Positions 21,663 to 31,139 of a stretch of 64,000 nucleotides of DNA are shown piece by piece. The first letter of the stretch is position 1. Each line of letters opens with the position of its first letter. Below the pieces are notes generated by a model. It made no database searches. It saw only the letters and a list, made by a program, of their open reading frames with translations, and was not told the DNA's origin. Origin of the DNA: an uncultured Planctomycetota bacterium (lineage in GTDB: Bacteria > Planctomycetota > Planctomycetia > Gemmatales > Gemmataceae); contig CAWKHF010000004.1 in assembly GCA_963849325.1 (NCBI GenBank), forward strand, positions 448,001-512,000. The letters run 5' to 3'. Both the position numbers and the translations under genes were made by a program.

Positions 21663-22571
21663 TCACCGCATCTGAATCCGGAGGGAGCACGGCCGGGCGG
21701 TGCCCGGATGGTCTTCGGTCACGTTGTATCTCCACTCGCGGCGTTGCTGGCTGGGGGTGGCTACGACACACGCGGGCTGTGTGCCGCTGTGGGCCTGCGA
21801 GGGTTCCTCGTTGACACCGGCCAACCCCCGGGCCTGGACGATACCGTTGTTGGGAAGTCCGTCATCGATTTTGCTGTCCAGAGCCAAGGCCAGGGCAGGG
21901 GCGAGACCCTGGCTGCCGGATTGATAGGACGGCAGGGGCGTGGCCCGCACCTCCGTCACCGGCAAGAGCTGAAAATAGTTGGCTCCGCGGAAGGCGTAAA
22001 CGATGAGGTACTGGCTGGGAGCGAGGCGGGCGGCGGGAAGCAACGCCTCCACCTCCGTGCAGTTGCCCGCGACTTGGCCCGATGTTTCCACGATCCGGGC
22101 GTGGCCTCGCCGGCCAAACGATCCCGACACCAGGTTGGCGTCGGAGAGATGACGCCAGAAGGACAGCGTTTCCCCAGCCGGCCCGGTGGCATCCGCGGCG
22201 CCGCCCTCGACGAGGCCGTTGCCGTCCTGATGGCCCTGGCTGCCTGCCAGCGTGGTCTCGGAGAAAAAGCCAAACGCCGACGCCCGGCTGGCAGGGATGT
22301 CTCCCGGCAACGCATTGTACTTCATGCGGAAGGTATTGACGGCCGAGGTAAGCGTCTCCAGTTGGGCGACGGTAGCACGCACGTGCGCGGCCTGGAGGAG
22401 ATCGGTCATGCTGAGCACTCCTGCCACAGTCAGACCGACGACGGTGAAGACCACCGCCATCTCGATCAGCCGGGCTTCGGCGAGGCGTCGTGTGAGCGAT
22501 GGCTGGGTGTCATCCTCTGCCCCGTCAACGAGGACCAGCGCGCGGTGAACCGTGGAGTGGGGGTCACTCAT
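21663..22571 (-). CDS. Type IV pilin / pseudopilin-like protein with degenerate cleavage site
   Basis: LIEMAVVFTVVGLTVAGVL helix, FRMKYNALPGD, LDSKIDDG, C-terminal Cys pair. Confidence 0.75.
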   Translation of the reverse strand: MSDPHSTVHRALVLVDGAEDDTQPSLTRRLAEARLIEMAVVFTVVGLTVAGVLSMTDLLQAAHVRATVAQLETLTSAVNTFRMKYNALPGDIPASRASAFGFFSETTLAGSQGHQDGNGLVEGGAADATGPAGETLSFWRHLSDANLVSGSFGRRGHARIVETSGQVAGNCTEVEALLPAARLAPSQYLIVYAFRGANYFQLLPVTEVRATPLPSYQSGSQGLAPALALALDSKIDDGLPNNGIVQARGLAGVNEEPSQAHSGTQPACVVATPSQQRREWRYNVTEDHPGTARPCSLRIQMR

Positions 22572-23017
22572 CCGCGCGAAAGGTCATCGTCGGCGTTGCG
22601 TCGTTGGTAGATGCGACCGACATGGCTGTGCCTGGCGACGTCCAGGAGGAAGAGAGCGAGTCGGGTGTGGCCGGACGAGGAAGCCCAATCGAACGGGGTG
22701 TAGCGCCACTTGTCCTGGGCCGCGGGGTCAGCGCCGCGTTGGAGGAGCAGCCGCGCCAGGTCAACAAGACCGTTTCGGGCCGCTCCATGCAGGGCGGTCT
22801 GTTGCTGATGGTCTTGGGCACGCAGGTCGGTGCCTTGGTCGATCAGCAGGCGGGCCAGGTCGCCCTGCCGCGCCTCGATGGCACAATGTAGCGGCGTCCG
22901 CTGCCATTGGTCCCTGGCATTAATGTCCGCCCCCGCGGCGAGAGCGACCTGCGCGTCCTCGGCGTTGCCGCTGGCCGCGGCCTGGAAGAGTTGGCTGGTC
23001 GCTTCCTCCTGTGTCAT
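22568..23017 (-). CDS. Ankyrin repeat protein
   Basis: GADINARD..RTPLHCA, QTALHGAARNG, YTPFDWASSSGH; AAGGAGG RBS. Confidence 0.92.
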   Translation of the reverse strand: MTQEEATSQLFQAAASGNAEDAQVALAAGADINARDQWQRTPLHCAIEARQGDLARLLIDQGTDLRAQDHQQQTALHGAARNGLVDLARLLLQRGADPAAQDKWRYTPFDWASSSGHTRLALFLLDVARHSHVGRIYQRRNADDDLSRG

Positions 23018-24171
23018 CTGTCCTCCTTGACGTGCCCATCCATGCTAACGGAAAAGAGTTAACAAACCTTTACCGCCAGCGCCTCCGCAGCGCGAGTGTC
23101 GAGGGACGACTCGGCTGGCCGAGCGAATGACAGGGGCGTGGTATAAGCCGCTTCTATAGGAAGAGACGATCCACCGTCCCCAGGCTGCCATCGCGGAAAC
23201 GTCACAAATATCTGATTGCATCCGTGCGCGTTCCGTCTTAAACATGCACGCAAACAAATGTACGAGGCAACCATGTCCCACTCGAATAGCCCTGCTGAAA
23301 AGATCCCCGATGAGGAACTACGCGCCTTCGCTGCTGACAAAGCCGCTGGCCAACGCACGGTCTTTATCACCCTCGACTTGCCCACCAGGCACGTCGATTT
23401 CCGCACCGTAGCCACTGGAGACGGTTCTCGCCAAATACCCACTCGCGTTCGTCCCCCAACCGAGGCCGAACAAGAAGAAATGGCGCACGGATCGCCGAAG
23501 CTCGCGCGTTCCTCGCTGAGGTCTTGAATGAGGACCCTCAATGGATGGCTGCCGCACGGGCCTTCGTCGTGAAAGTGACCAGCGAGCAGCTCTCCACGAT
23601 TGCCGGTTCGCCCTTGATTCAAGAGATTCTCCCGAACCGCCAGCTTCGCGGCCGCGGCCATTGAAACGTGGCTTGGTCGGATCAAAGAGGGGACTCTCCA
23701 CCGGACGACACTTCCCCCAGCCGGAAGTTGGGTGCGACATCGTGGTCGTCGCTCTCGCGGCTCGCCGAGTTGTTGTTGCTGCCTGACGCCACAATGACGA
23801 CGGAGGCTATCGCTCTCAGCACGCCCCAAGGGGCCAAACAGGAGCCCACCCGCGATGGCGGGTCACTACTCGCGTGAGGGGAGCACGCGAGGGGAGCCAA
23901 GCGAGTAGTGAGGGATTGGCGGTGAGAGCAAATCAAGACTTGCAAGGGCCCTCCGGAGCGTGCATGGTGCGGGAATGCAGAAGCGAAAGAAGTCGAAAAT
24001 CCTTTCCTGGATCGAAGTAGCGATCGCCCTGGTAGCTGTGGGATTGTTCGCCGGCATGTTCCGGCTGGGCCTGGCCTTGCGGCAGCTTATCCAGTGACTC
24101 CCGGTCGGAGGCCCGAACGATCCGGTCGGAGAGTCGGCCCCAAGGGCCGCTGGCGGCTTTCGCCACGGACT

Positions 24172-25146
24172 CTATTTTCCCCGCCCAGCTTGCGGTGCCG
24201 CCGCGGGCGGCGCAGACCCTTCGGCAGGCGCCAAGGTCTCGATTTGATGGACGAGCCGGTTGAACCCGGTCAGGGTGGCCTTATCCAGCGTGTTGTCCAG
24301 AACGGCGGTGGTCAAGTGGTCCTGGAGCGCTTGCCTGGCCCGGAGGAGAGCTTTGCTGTCCTTGTGGTCTAGTGCCTCCCGCGCATCCCGCAAGTCCTTT
24401 TGCAGTTCCTCCGGCAGCGTGGCTTGGCTCAACTCGTCCAGGCTCTTGAACACGGCCGCTTGTTGCTCCGCCTTCACTTGGGATCGCTGCTCCTGCCATT
24501 GCCGGAACTGATCGACCGCCTGGACCATTCGTGGGTCTTTGGGGTCGGGCGGGGTGAAGCGGGCAAGGTTCTCTCGATAACTACCGCTCACCTCCGCGGT
24601 GACGTCCTGGATCACCCCCTCGTAGTACGAGGCCGGATGATGGCCTTGAATCGGGAAGGTCAAGTAGGGCAGCCCATTGGTCTTGCTGGTGCCGGTGCTG
24701 GTCGCCTCCCGGAGTTCCTCGGGAAGTTCGGCTTTGGCCGCCGCCACGGCCTCGGGGCTGTTGAAATACAGGGTGACGCTCGGCGTCGGTTCGCCTTTGA
24801 GGTGGTCTACCCGGACGTGGGCGTGCCTGTCCTTCTTGATCAGACCGTTTACTTGTGCGCCGATGCCGAGCTTTCTGGCATAGGCGGAGAACTCTGGCGG
24901 GGTAAGAGTAATGTGGGATGCCAAGTATTTTCGGCCGCGACCATTTTCCTGGAGGCTGCTGTCCAGGCCGGATCGTTGGAAGAGACGGTGAGCGGTTTGG
25001 ACATCCCCCTCTTGGAAGGACGAGTAGCTTATTTTATACTGGCCGGCGCCATCCCGCCGGACCCCCAGGTCGATGGTCTCCGGAAGGCGCAGCGTTTTTT
25101 TCAGGAGATCGGCCAGACTTCTTTCAGTTTTGGATTCGAGCGGCAT
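24172..25146 (-). CDS. Hypothetical protein (324 aa)
   Basis: GAGGAG RBS, AT-rich upstream region, protein-like composition, helical C-terminus. Confidence 0.75.
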   Translation of the reverse strand: MPLESKTERSLADLLKKTLRLPETIDLGVRRDGAGQYKISYSSFQEGDVQTAHRLFQRSGLDSSLQENGRGRKYLASHITLTPPEFSAYARKLGIGAQVNGLIKKDRHAHVRVDHLKGEPTPSVTLYFNSPEAVAAAKAELPEELREATSTGTSKTNGLPYLTFPIQGHHPASYYEGVIQDVTAEVSGSYRENLARFTPPDPKDPRMVQAVDQFRQWQEQRSQVKAEQQAAVFKSLDELSQATLPEELQKDLRDAREALDHKDSKALLRARQALQDHLTTAVLDNTLDKATLTGFNRLVHQIETLAPAEGSAPPAAAPQAGRGK

Positions 25147-25479
25147 GGTACTCCTCTGCGAGAGCGGTGGTTACGACTATCAAGCATACATTAAAACATA
25201 TAAATAATTATTAATATTAGTTTCGGCAGAGGCTCGGCTTCGGTTTCCGTCGGTTAACCCTAGCGCGATTGGAGCCTTCGCGCAAGCCGCTTTGCGGCGG
25301 GGGCGGAGGGTCTGCCCGAACCAGGTGTCTGTCGAGGGGAGCCGAGGGCCGGTCGCCACCCGATTTCCAGGTGAAAGAAAGCGGCGGTGCCGGGGGTGGC
25401 GTTTCGGTGGCGTGACGGTGACATGGAGAAAGCCACAATTCTCGCCAAGCGAGTCTGGCTGCGGTGGAGCACATCATCG

Positions 25480-25495
25480 TTAACATTCCGTTAAC
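25480..25495. promoter_or_regulatory. TTAA-N7-TTAAC palindromic box upstream of the relaxase
   Basis: TTAACATTCCGTTAAC, matching the CtrA consensus. Confidence 0.5.
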
Positions 25496-25521
25496 GAAAG
25501 TGTGATAGCGTAAAATGAGGC

Positions 25522-28218
25522 ATGATCCGCATCACACAACAGGATTCTGCCAAGGACGCCAAACGCTATTACGCGACGGCGGATTATTACAGCGAAGGAC
25601 AGGAACTGGTCGGTCTGTGGGGCGGTCAAGGCGCCGCCCGGCTGGGGCTGGAAGGGACGGTAGACCAATTCTCGTTTGAGCGCTTGTGCGACAATCTTAG
25701 CCCCAGAACCGGGGAGCCGCTGACGGTGCGAACGCGCGCCGATCGGACCGTGGGCTACGATTTCACGTTCTCCGTCCCCAAGTCGGTGTCGCTCCTGTAC
25801 GCGCTGAGCGGCGACGAGGACATCATGGGTGCCTTCCGGTCGGCCGTGGATGAAACCATGCGGGAAATGGAAGCAGAGATGAAAACCCGCGTCCGCAGGG
25901 GACGCAAAGACGAGGACCGGACCACGGGCAACATGGTCTGGGCGGAGTTCATCCACACCACCTCGCGGCCGGTGGACGGCCTGCCCGACCCGCAGCTGCA
26001 CGCCCACGTCTTCGTGTTCAACACCACTTGGGATCAGGAGGAGGAACGCTGGAAAGCGGGCCAGTTCCGCGAGCTGAAGCGGGATGCTCCGTACTTCCAG
26101 GCGGCCTTCCGGGTGCGGTTGGCGAACCGGCTTCAGGCTCTGGGCTTCGGCGTGGAGCGCAAGCGGGATGACTTCGAGATTGCCGGCGTGCCCAAGGACA
26201 TGCTGAAACGCTTCTCGCGGCGCACGGCGTTGATCGAGAAGGTGGCCGGGGAGCGGGGCATCACCGATCCCGACCGCAAGGCGGAACTCGGGGCCGAGAC
26301 TCGCGAAAAGAAGGGGGCGGCCCTTGGCTGGGACAGTCTCCGCAAAAAATGGAACGCCCGCCTGAGCGACAAGGAGCGGGAAGCGATCACGGCCGTTCAC
26401 CGCCGGGAACATCCCGCTGCCCGGCCCGAGCGGGGCGAGGGCGTGGCTGTGGATCATGCCCTGGAGCACAGTTTTGTGCGTGAGGCCGTGGTGCCCGAAC
26501 GCAAGCTGCTGACCGAAGCCCTCAAACGCGGCATCGGCTCCGTCAGGGTCGAGGGCGTGACCCGCGAGATGGCGAAGCGTCCCCTGATCCGCAGCGATGT
26601 CGCCGGACGCATGATGGCGACGACGAAAGAGATGCTGGCCCTGGAATCACGCCTGACCGACTTTGCTCGCCTCGGGCGGGGACGGTGCCGGCCGCTGGGC
26701 GATCCGGAGCGGCCTTGCTCGCGCGACTGGTTCAACGACGGACAGAAGGCGGCCGTCCGCCACGTGCTCGGCTCGCGTGACCGGGTGATGATTATCCGGG
26801 GTGTCGCCGGCACCGGGAAAACGACGTTGGAACAAGAGATTGGCGAGGCGTTGGCCGAGGCCGGCAAGCCGGTCGTTGCCTTGGCTCAATCGGTCAAAGC
26901 CAGCCGGGAAGTGCTGCGGCAGGAAGCGGGGTTTGCGACCGCTGATACGGTGGCCATGTTTCTCAAAGATGAGAGGATGCAGGAAGCGGCGCGGGACGGC
27001 GTTATCCTGGTCGATGAGGCCAGCCAGCTCGGCACGCGCGACATGCTCCAGGTCTTCGAGGCGGCGGAGCGGCTGGGCGCCCGCGTCCTGCTCGTGGGCG
27101 ATAAACGGCAGCACCGCAGCGTGACGGCCGGGGAGCCGCTCCGGCTGCTGGAGGAGAGGGCCGGGCTGCCGGTGGCCCTCGTCACGGACATCCTGCGGCA
27201 GCAGGGCAACTACAAGAAGGCAGCCGGGCTGCTCAGCGAAGGCCGCACGGAGGAAGCGTTCGAGGAGCTGGACAAGCTCGGCTGGATCAAACAGGTGCCC
27301 GACGGCGACCGCGACAAGCAGCTGGCCTCTGCCTACCTGGCCGCTGTTGCGGAAAAGAAGCGGGGCGGGGCCTACAAGTCGGCGCTGGTGGTATCGCCGA
27401 CCCATGTGGAGGCGGAGCGCATCACGGCCGCCATCCGCGACGGTCTCCAGGCGGATGGCAAGCTCCGCGGGGAACGGGTCATCCGCAGGTGGGTTCCCGC
27501 GCACCTGACCGCTGCCCAGAAAGCGGACCCTACCGAATACGAGCCGGGCTATTTGCTTCAATTCCATCAGAATGCCAAGGGCTATCCGAAAGGCTCTCGC
27601 CTGCTGCTGGACGAAGGAGCGGAGCCTCCGACCCGGTTGGCCCAGCGCTTCGAGGTTTACCGGCCGGCGCAGCTCGCTTTGGCGGTCGGCGACCGCGTGC
27701 GCGTCACGGCTGGCGGCAAGACCAAGGACGGCAAGCATCGCTTGAGCAACGGCTCGCTCTTCACGGTCCAGGGGTTCAGCCGGCAAGGGGACATCATCGT
27801 GGATCGTGGCTGGGTCATCGACCGCGATTTCGGGCACCTGACGCACGGCTACGTCGTGACCAGCCACGCCAGCCAGGGCGTCACGGTGGACAAGGTGTTT
27901 GTCGGCGTCTCCAGCGACTCCTTCCCGGCGACGTACCAGCGGACGGCCTACGTAGCAGTGACGCGCGGCAAGGAACAGGCGCAGATCTTCACCGACGACC
28001 GCAAGGAGCTGCTCAAGGCGGTCAGCCGGCTCGACGAGCCGCTATCCGCCACCGAACTCCTGGAGTCTACCCACGACAAGGCGAAGGTGCGGGATGGGCT
28101 GACCAAGCCGCTGACGCTGGCCCGGCGTCTGGCCACGTTGATGCCGCACCATCCAGCATGGCGGACGGAAACTACCAGAAACCTGCCTTCGGAACGGGAC
28201 AGGAGCCATGACCGATAA
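25522..28218 (+). CDS. trwC: MOBF (TrwC/TraI-like) relaxase-helicase
   Basis: YY..DYY tyrosines, YDFTFSVPKSVS, PQLHAHVFVFN (HUH), GVAGTGKTT, VDEAS, HGYVVTSHASQG. Confidence 0.95.
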   Translation: MIRITQQDSAKDAKRYYATADYYSEGQELVGLWGGQGAARLGLEGTVDQFSFERLCDNLSPRTGEPLTVRTRADRTVGYDFTFSVPKSVSLLYALSGDEDIMGAFRSAVDETMREMEAEMKTRVRRGRKDEDRTTGNMVWAEFIHTTSRPVDGLPDPQLHAHVFVFNTTWDQEEERWKAGQFRELKRDAPYFQAAFRVRLANRLQALGFGVERKRDDFEIAGVPKDMLKRFSRRTALIEKVAGERGITDPDRKAELGAETREKKGAALGWDSLRKKWNARLSDKEREAITAVHRREHPAARPERGEGVAVDHALEHSFVREAVVPERKLLTEALKRGIGSVRVEGVTREMAKRPLIRSDVAGRMMATTKEMLALESRLTDFARLGRGRCRPLGDPERPCSRDWFNDGQKAAVRHVLGSRDRVMIIRGVAGTGKTTLEQEIGEALAEAGKPVVALAQSVKASREVLRQEAGFATADTVAMFLKDERMQEAARDGVILVDEASQLGTRDMLQVFEAAERLGARVLLVGDKRQHRSVTAGEPLRLLEERAGLPVALVTDILRQQGNYKKAAGLLSEGRTEEAFEELDKLGWIKQVPDGDRDKQLASAYLAAVAEKKRGGAYKSALVVSPTHVEAERITAAIRDGLQADGKLRGERVIRRWVPAHLTAAQKADPTEYEPGYLLQFHQNAKGYPKGSRLLLDEGAEPPTRLAQRFEVYRPAQLALAVGDRVRVTAGGKTKDGKHRLSNGSLFTVQGFSRQGDIIVDRGWVIDRDFGHLTHGYVVTSHASQGVTVDKVFVGVSSDSFPATYQRTAYVAVTRGKEQAQIFTDDRKELLKAVSRLDEPLSATELLESTHDKAKVRDGLTKPLTLARRLATLMPHHPAWRTETTRNLPSERDRSHDR

Positions 28219-28773
28219 ACCAACCTTTCAGGACCGCTTAAAGGGGATTATTCACTCCCCGATGTCCACCGATCCGGATCGTTGGCAGGAAGTCATGCAC
28301 GCCAAAGAGCGTGCGGCGTCTCCCGCCAAGAAAGAGGCGGAAGGCGAGGAAACGGAGGTTTCCTGCGGGGCGTTCGGCTACCTGCGGGGAATCCGCGATG
28401 TGCCGGGTGCCTTGGAGCTGCGCTTCCGGGACGGCAATAGCACCTGGTTCCCCTACGGCTGGCTCGGTCCCTGGCACTACAACCCGTCCGAGGGGCTGCT
28501 CCTGAAGTTCTCCGGGGACCTCGTGTACCTGGTTTTGATCCGGGGCAGCAATCTCGATAAGCCCTTGAACGAAGGGGCCATCAATTGACCACCGGGGGCC
28601 TGCAACGCCATCGCGTCGTGTGGATTCGGGAGATGAGCGAGGAGGACATTCGGCAGGTGGGGGAGAACGGGCCGACCATCGACCGGATCGAGGTCGCGGA
28701 ATTCGAGTCGCAGGCAGCGCTGAAGGAATGGCTCACCGCCAAGGCTCCGGCGTTCGTGCGGGGAGAGGGATGA
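28208..28773 (+). pseudogene. Hypothetical protein coupled to the relaxase; one frameshift near 28585
   Basis: GAFGYLRG...NEGAIN joins (L)TTGGLQRHRVVWIREM by a 1-nt shift. Confidence 0.65.
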
Positions 28774-28785
28774 ACGGAGGAACCT

Positions 28786-29019
28786 ATGGATGATACGGAC
28801 GCAGCGCTGGCCTGCATCCTGGCGGATTGCCAGGACGCGGACGACATGGCGTGGTACATTGGCAAACTTGCCACCCTCGTGCAGCATCTTACCTGCTGCA
28901 TGGCGAGAGAGGTCGATCAGACGGAAGCCGGCATACGGACGCTGTACGCGACTTGGGCGGACATGACGGTCGAACAGTTGGCCGACCCCAGACGATTCCC
29001 CAGCAGCAAGCCGCACTGA
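28786..29019 (+). CDS. Small hypothetical protein
   Basis: GGAGG RBS, operon position. Confidence 0.5.
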   Translation: MDDTDAALACILADCQDADDMAWYIGKLATLVQHLTCCMAREVDQTEAGIRTLYATWADMTVEQLADPRRFPSSKPH

Positions 29020-29276
29020 CCCACGAAGCCGCTGTCAAGGAAGGGCAGACGCAGAATGCTCCGATGTTCTTGCGGTAAGAAAGATAGGCATTGGCAGACG
29101 GCACGCGGAAGCGTGCCGCACCGGGAGGGGCTTTGGCCTGTGGTCCGCGATCTTCATCGCCCCGCTGCTCCCGATACAGAGCCGGTAGCCACGGGAAAGA
29201 GCCAGGGATCGTTGGTAGCGAATCCTTAACCATTTCCCGTCATAGTTCGGACCAGGACTAATTGCTGGTGACGGTG

Positions 29277-31004
29277 ATGAGAAGGTGCTTACGACGAACG
29301 ATACTCGGTACGGCGGGGCTGGCAGGGAGCCTCGTGTACCTGACCGAGCCGGGCGATGCTTGGGCCGCTGCGACGCCGGTGGTGCCCGGCAGCGCCGATG
29401 CCGGCCGAGTCCTGGAAAACCTCCAGCCGGTGCCGGAGCCAACGCTGGCGGCTCCCCCTGTCACGGTAGCACCCCAGCTCGGCCTGCCGACGCCGCCCGG
29501 TGCCGCCCAGGCACTCTTCTTGCTCAACGATGTCCGCGTCGAAGGAGCAACCGTCTATGACAACAGACAGCTGGCGGCCATCTTCCGGCCCTATCTGCAC
29601 CAGTACCTATCCGTGCGGAAACTCTATGCACTGACCCAGCCCATCACCCAGCGCTACCACGAGGACGGCTACGCCTTATCCAAGGCCGTCGTGCCGCCGC
29701 AAAACTTAACCGAGGGGAGAGTAAGGATTCAGGTAGTCGAGGGCTACATCGATGCTGTGCAGACGCAAGGCCCCTTTCGCCACTCGGATGCGGCCGATAC
29801 CATTATCGACCGGATTAAGAGCTATCGGCTGCTGAAAGTCAAGGATCTCGAACGCGACATGCTCCTTCTCAATGACCTGCCCGGCGTATCGGTCCGGGCG
29901 GTGTTGAAGCTCCCGGACCCAAGCGGCGGCATCCCGCCGCCGGGAGCTTCGGACTTGCTTCTCGTCTTCACCGATGTGGCGGCACCTGCCAGCGTCAGCC
30001 TGGACAATTACGGCTCACGCTATACAGGTCCCTACGAGGCATCGTTTCAGGCTGGGCTGAACCATGACGTGTTCGGACCCTACCAGCAGACGGTCGTCAG
30101 CGGCGCGACGGCGCTACCCCAGTCGCACGAACTGCAAACCATCCAGCTATCGCATCGCCTGCTGCTCGACGGTCAAGGCACCAGCGCCACGTTGCAGGCG
30201 GCCTATGCCCATACCGAGCCGGGCTATCAGCTGACTTCCAGTGAGATCGTCAGCGACGCTTATAACTATGGTGTCTCCGTGTCGCATCCGCTGCTGCGGT
30301 CCCGGTCGCAGAATTACTACGTATCCGGGGACGTGGTCATCAAGGACATCACGGCCGACGCGCTGGACACGCCCTTGTATCACGACAAGCTCACCATCGT
30401 CAGCGTGGCCGGCAGTGGCGAGGTAGCCGATCCGTGGGGCGGGGCCAATCTCGCCCAGGTGAAGCTGAGCCAGGGTCTGAATCTGTTGGGAGCCACTCGG
30501 ACCGGCACGCCGGACTTGTCGCGGGCCAACGGCCACAGCGATTTCATTCGTTTGTCGGCCACACTCAGCCGGCTTCAGGCGGTCACGGATACCGTCCGGC
30601 TCTATGCCGCCGGCAGTGGGCAGTATAGCTGGTCCCCGCTCTTGTCGTCGGAGCAGTTTGGTTACGGAGGCCAGCAGTTCGGCCGGGCCTATGACCCCGC
30701 GGTCCTGACGGGAGACGACGGCGTGGCTGGCCTGGTCGAGCTACGCTACTCTCCACCGCTCTCGATCCCCCATGTCAGCTCCGAGCTGTATACCTTCTAC
30801 GACATCGGACGGGTGTGGACTTACCACGATACGGCAAGCATGCAAGGTGGTGCTTCGGCCGGCATCGGATGGCGCTTTGCCTATGGACCTCATCTGTTCG
30901 CCAATCTGAGCCTGGCCCAACCGCTGACCGGCAGCGTGACCGCGCCGGCGTATGGCAACGGCAAGGCGCCCAGGGCATTATTCTCCCTCAATATCAAGAA
31001 TTAG
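29277..31004 (+). CDS. TpsB (ShlB/FhaC/HecB) two-partner secretion transporter
   Basis: Signal peptide; POTRA motifs (VRVEGATVY, YHEDGY..AVVPPQ, VVEGYI, LNDLPGV); LDNYGS; barrel end FYDIGRVW..AGIGWR. Confidence 0.92.
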   Translation: MRRCLRRTILGTAGLAGSLVYLTEPGDAWAAATPVVPGSADAGRVLENLQPVPEPTLAAPPVTVAPQLGLPTPPGAAQALFLLNDVRVEGATVYDNRQLAAIFRPYLHQYLSVRKLYALTQPITQRYHEDGYALSKAVVPPQNLTEGRVRIQVVEGYIDAVQTQGPFRHSDAADTIIDRIKSYRLLKVKDLERDMLLLNDLPGVSVRAVLKLPDPSGGIPPPGASDLLLVFTDVAAPASVSLDNYGSRYTGPYEASFQAGLNHDVFGPYQQTVVSGATALPQSHELQTIQLSHRLLLDGQGTSATLQAAYAHTEPGYQLTSSEIVSDAYNYGVSVSHPLLRSRSQNYYVSGDVVIKDITADALDTPLYHDKLTIVSVAGSGEVADPWGGANLAQVKLSQGLNLLGATRTGTPDLSRANGHSDFIRLSATLSRLQAVTDTVRLYAAGSGQYSWSPLLSSEQFGYGGQQFGRAYDPAVLTGDDGVAGLVELRYSPPLSIPHVSSELYTFYDIGRVWTYHDTASMQGGASAGIGWRFAYGPHLFANLSLAQPLTGSVTAPAYGNGKAPRALFSLNIKN

Positions 31005-31139
31005 CCGTAGGTTGTTTGGCCTCGGCGGCAGCGTATGTGCTGGAGGTACGGGACTTCTTGTGTTTTATTAACGAATAGTAAACTTGTCTTATATATAGTT
31101 ATTATAGAGAGTATCGAGGTGCGAAGGAGCCCGCCTATA

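Noticed and set aside
23059-24166. Overlapping short ORFs between cargo genes
   Set aside because: No motifs; 23252-23527 (+) is possible but unsupported
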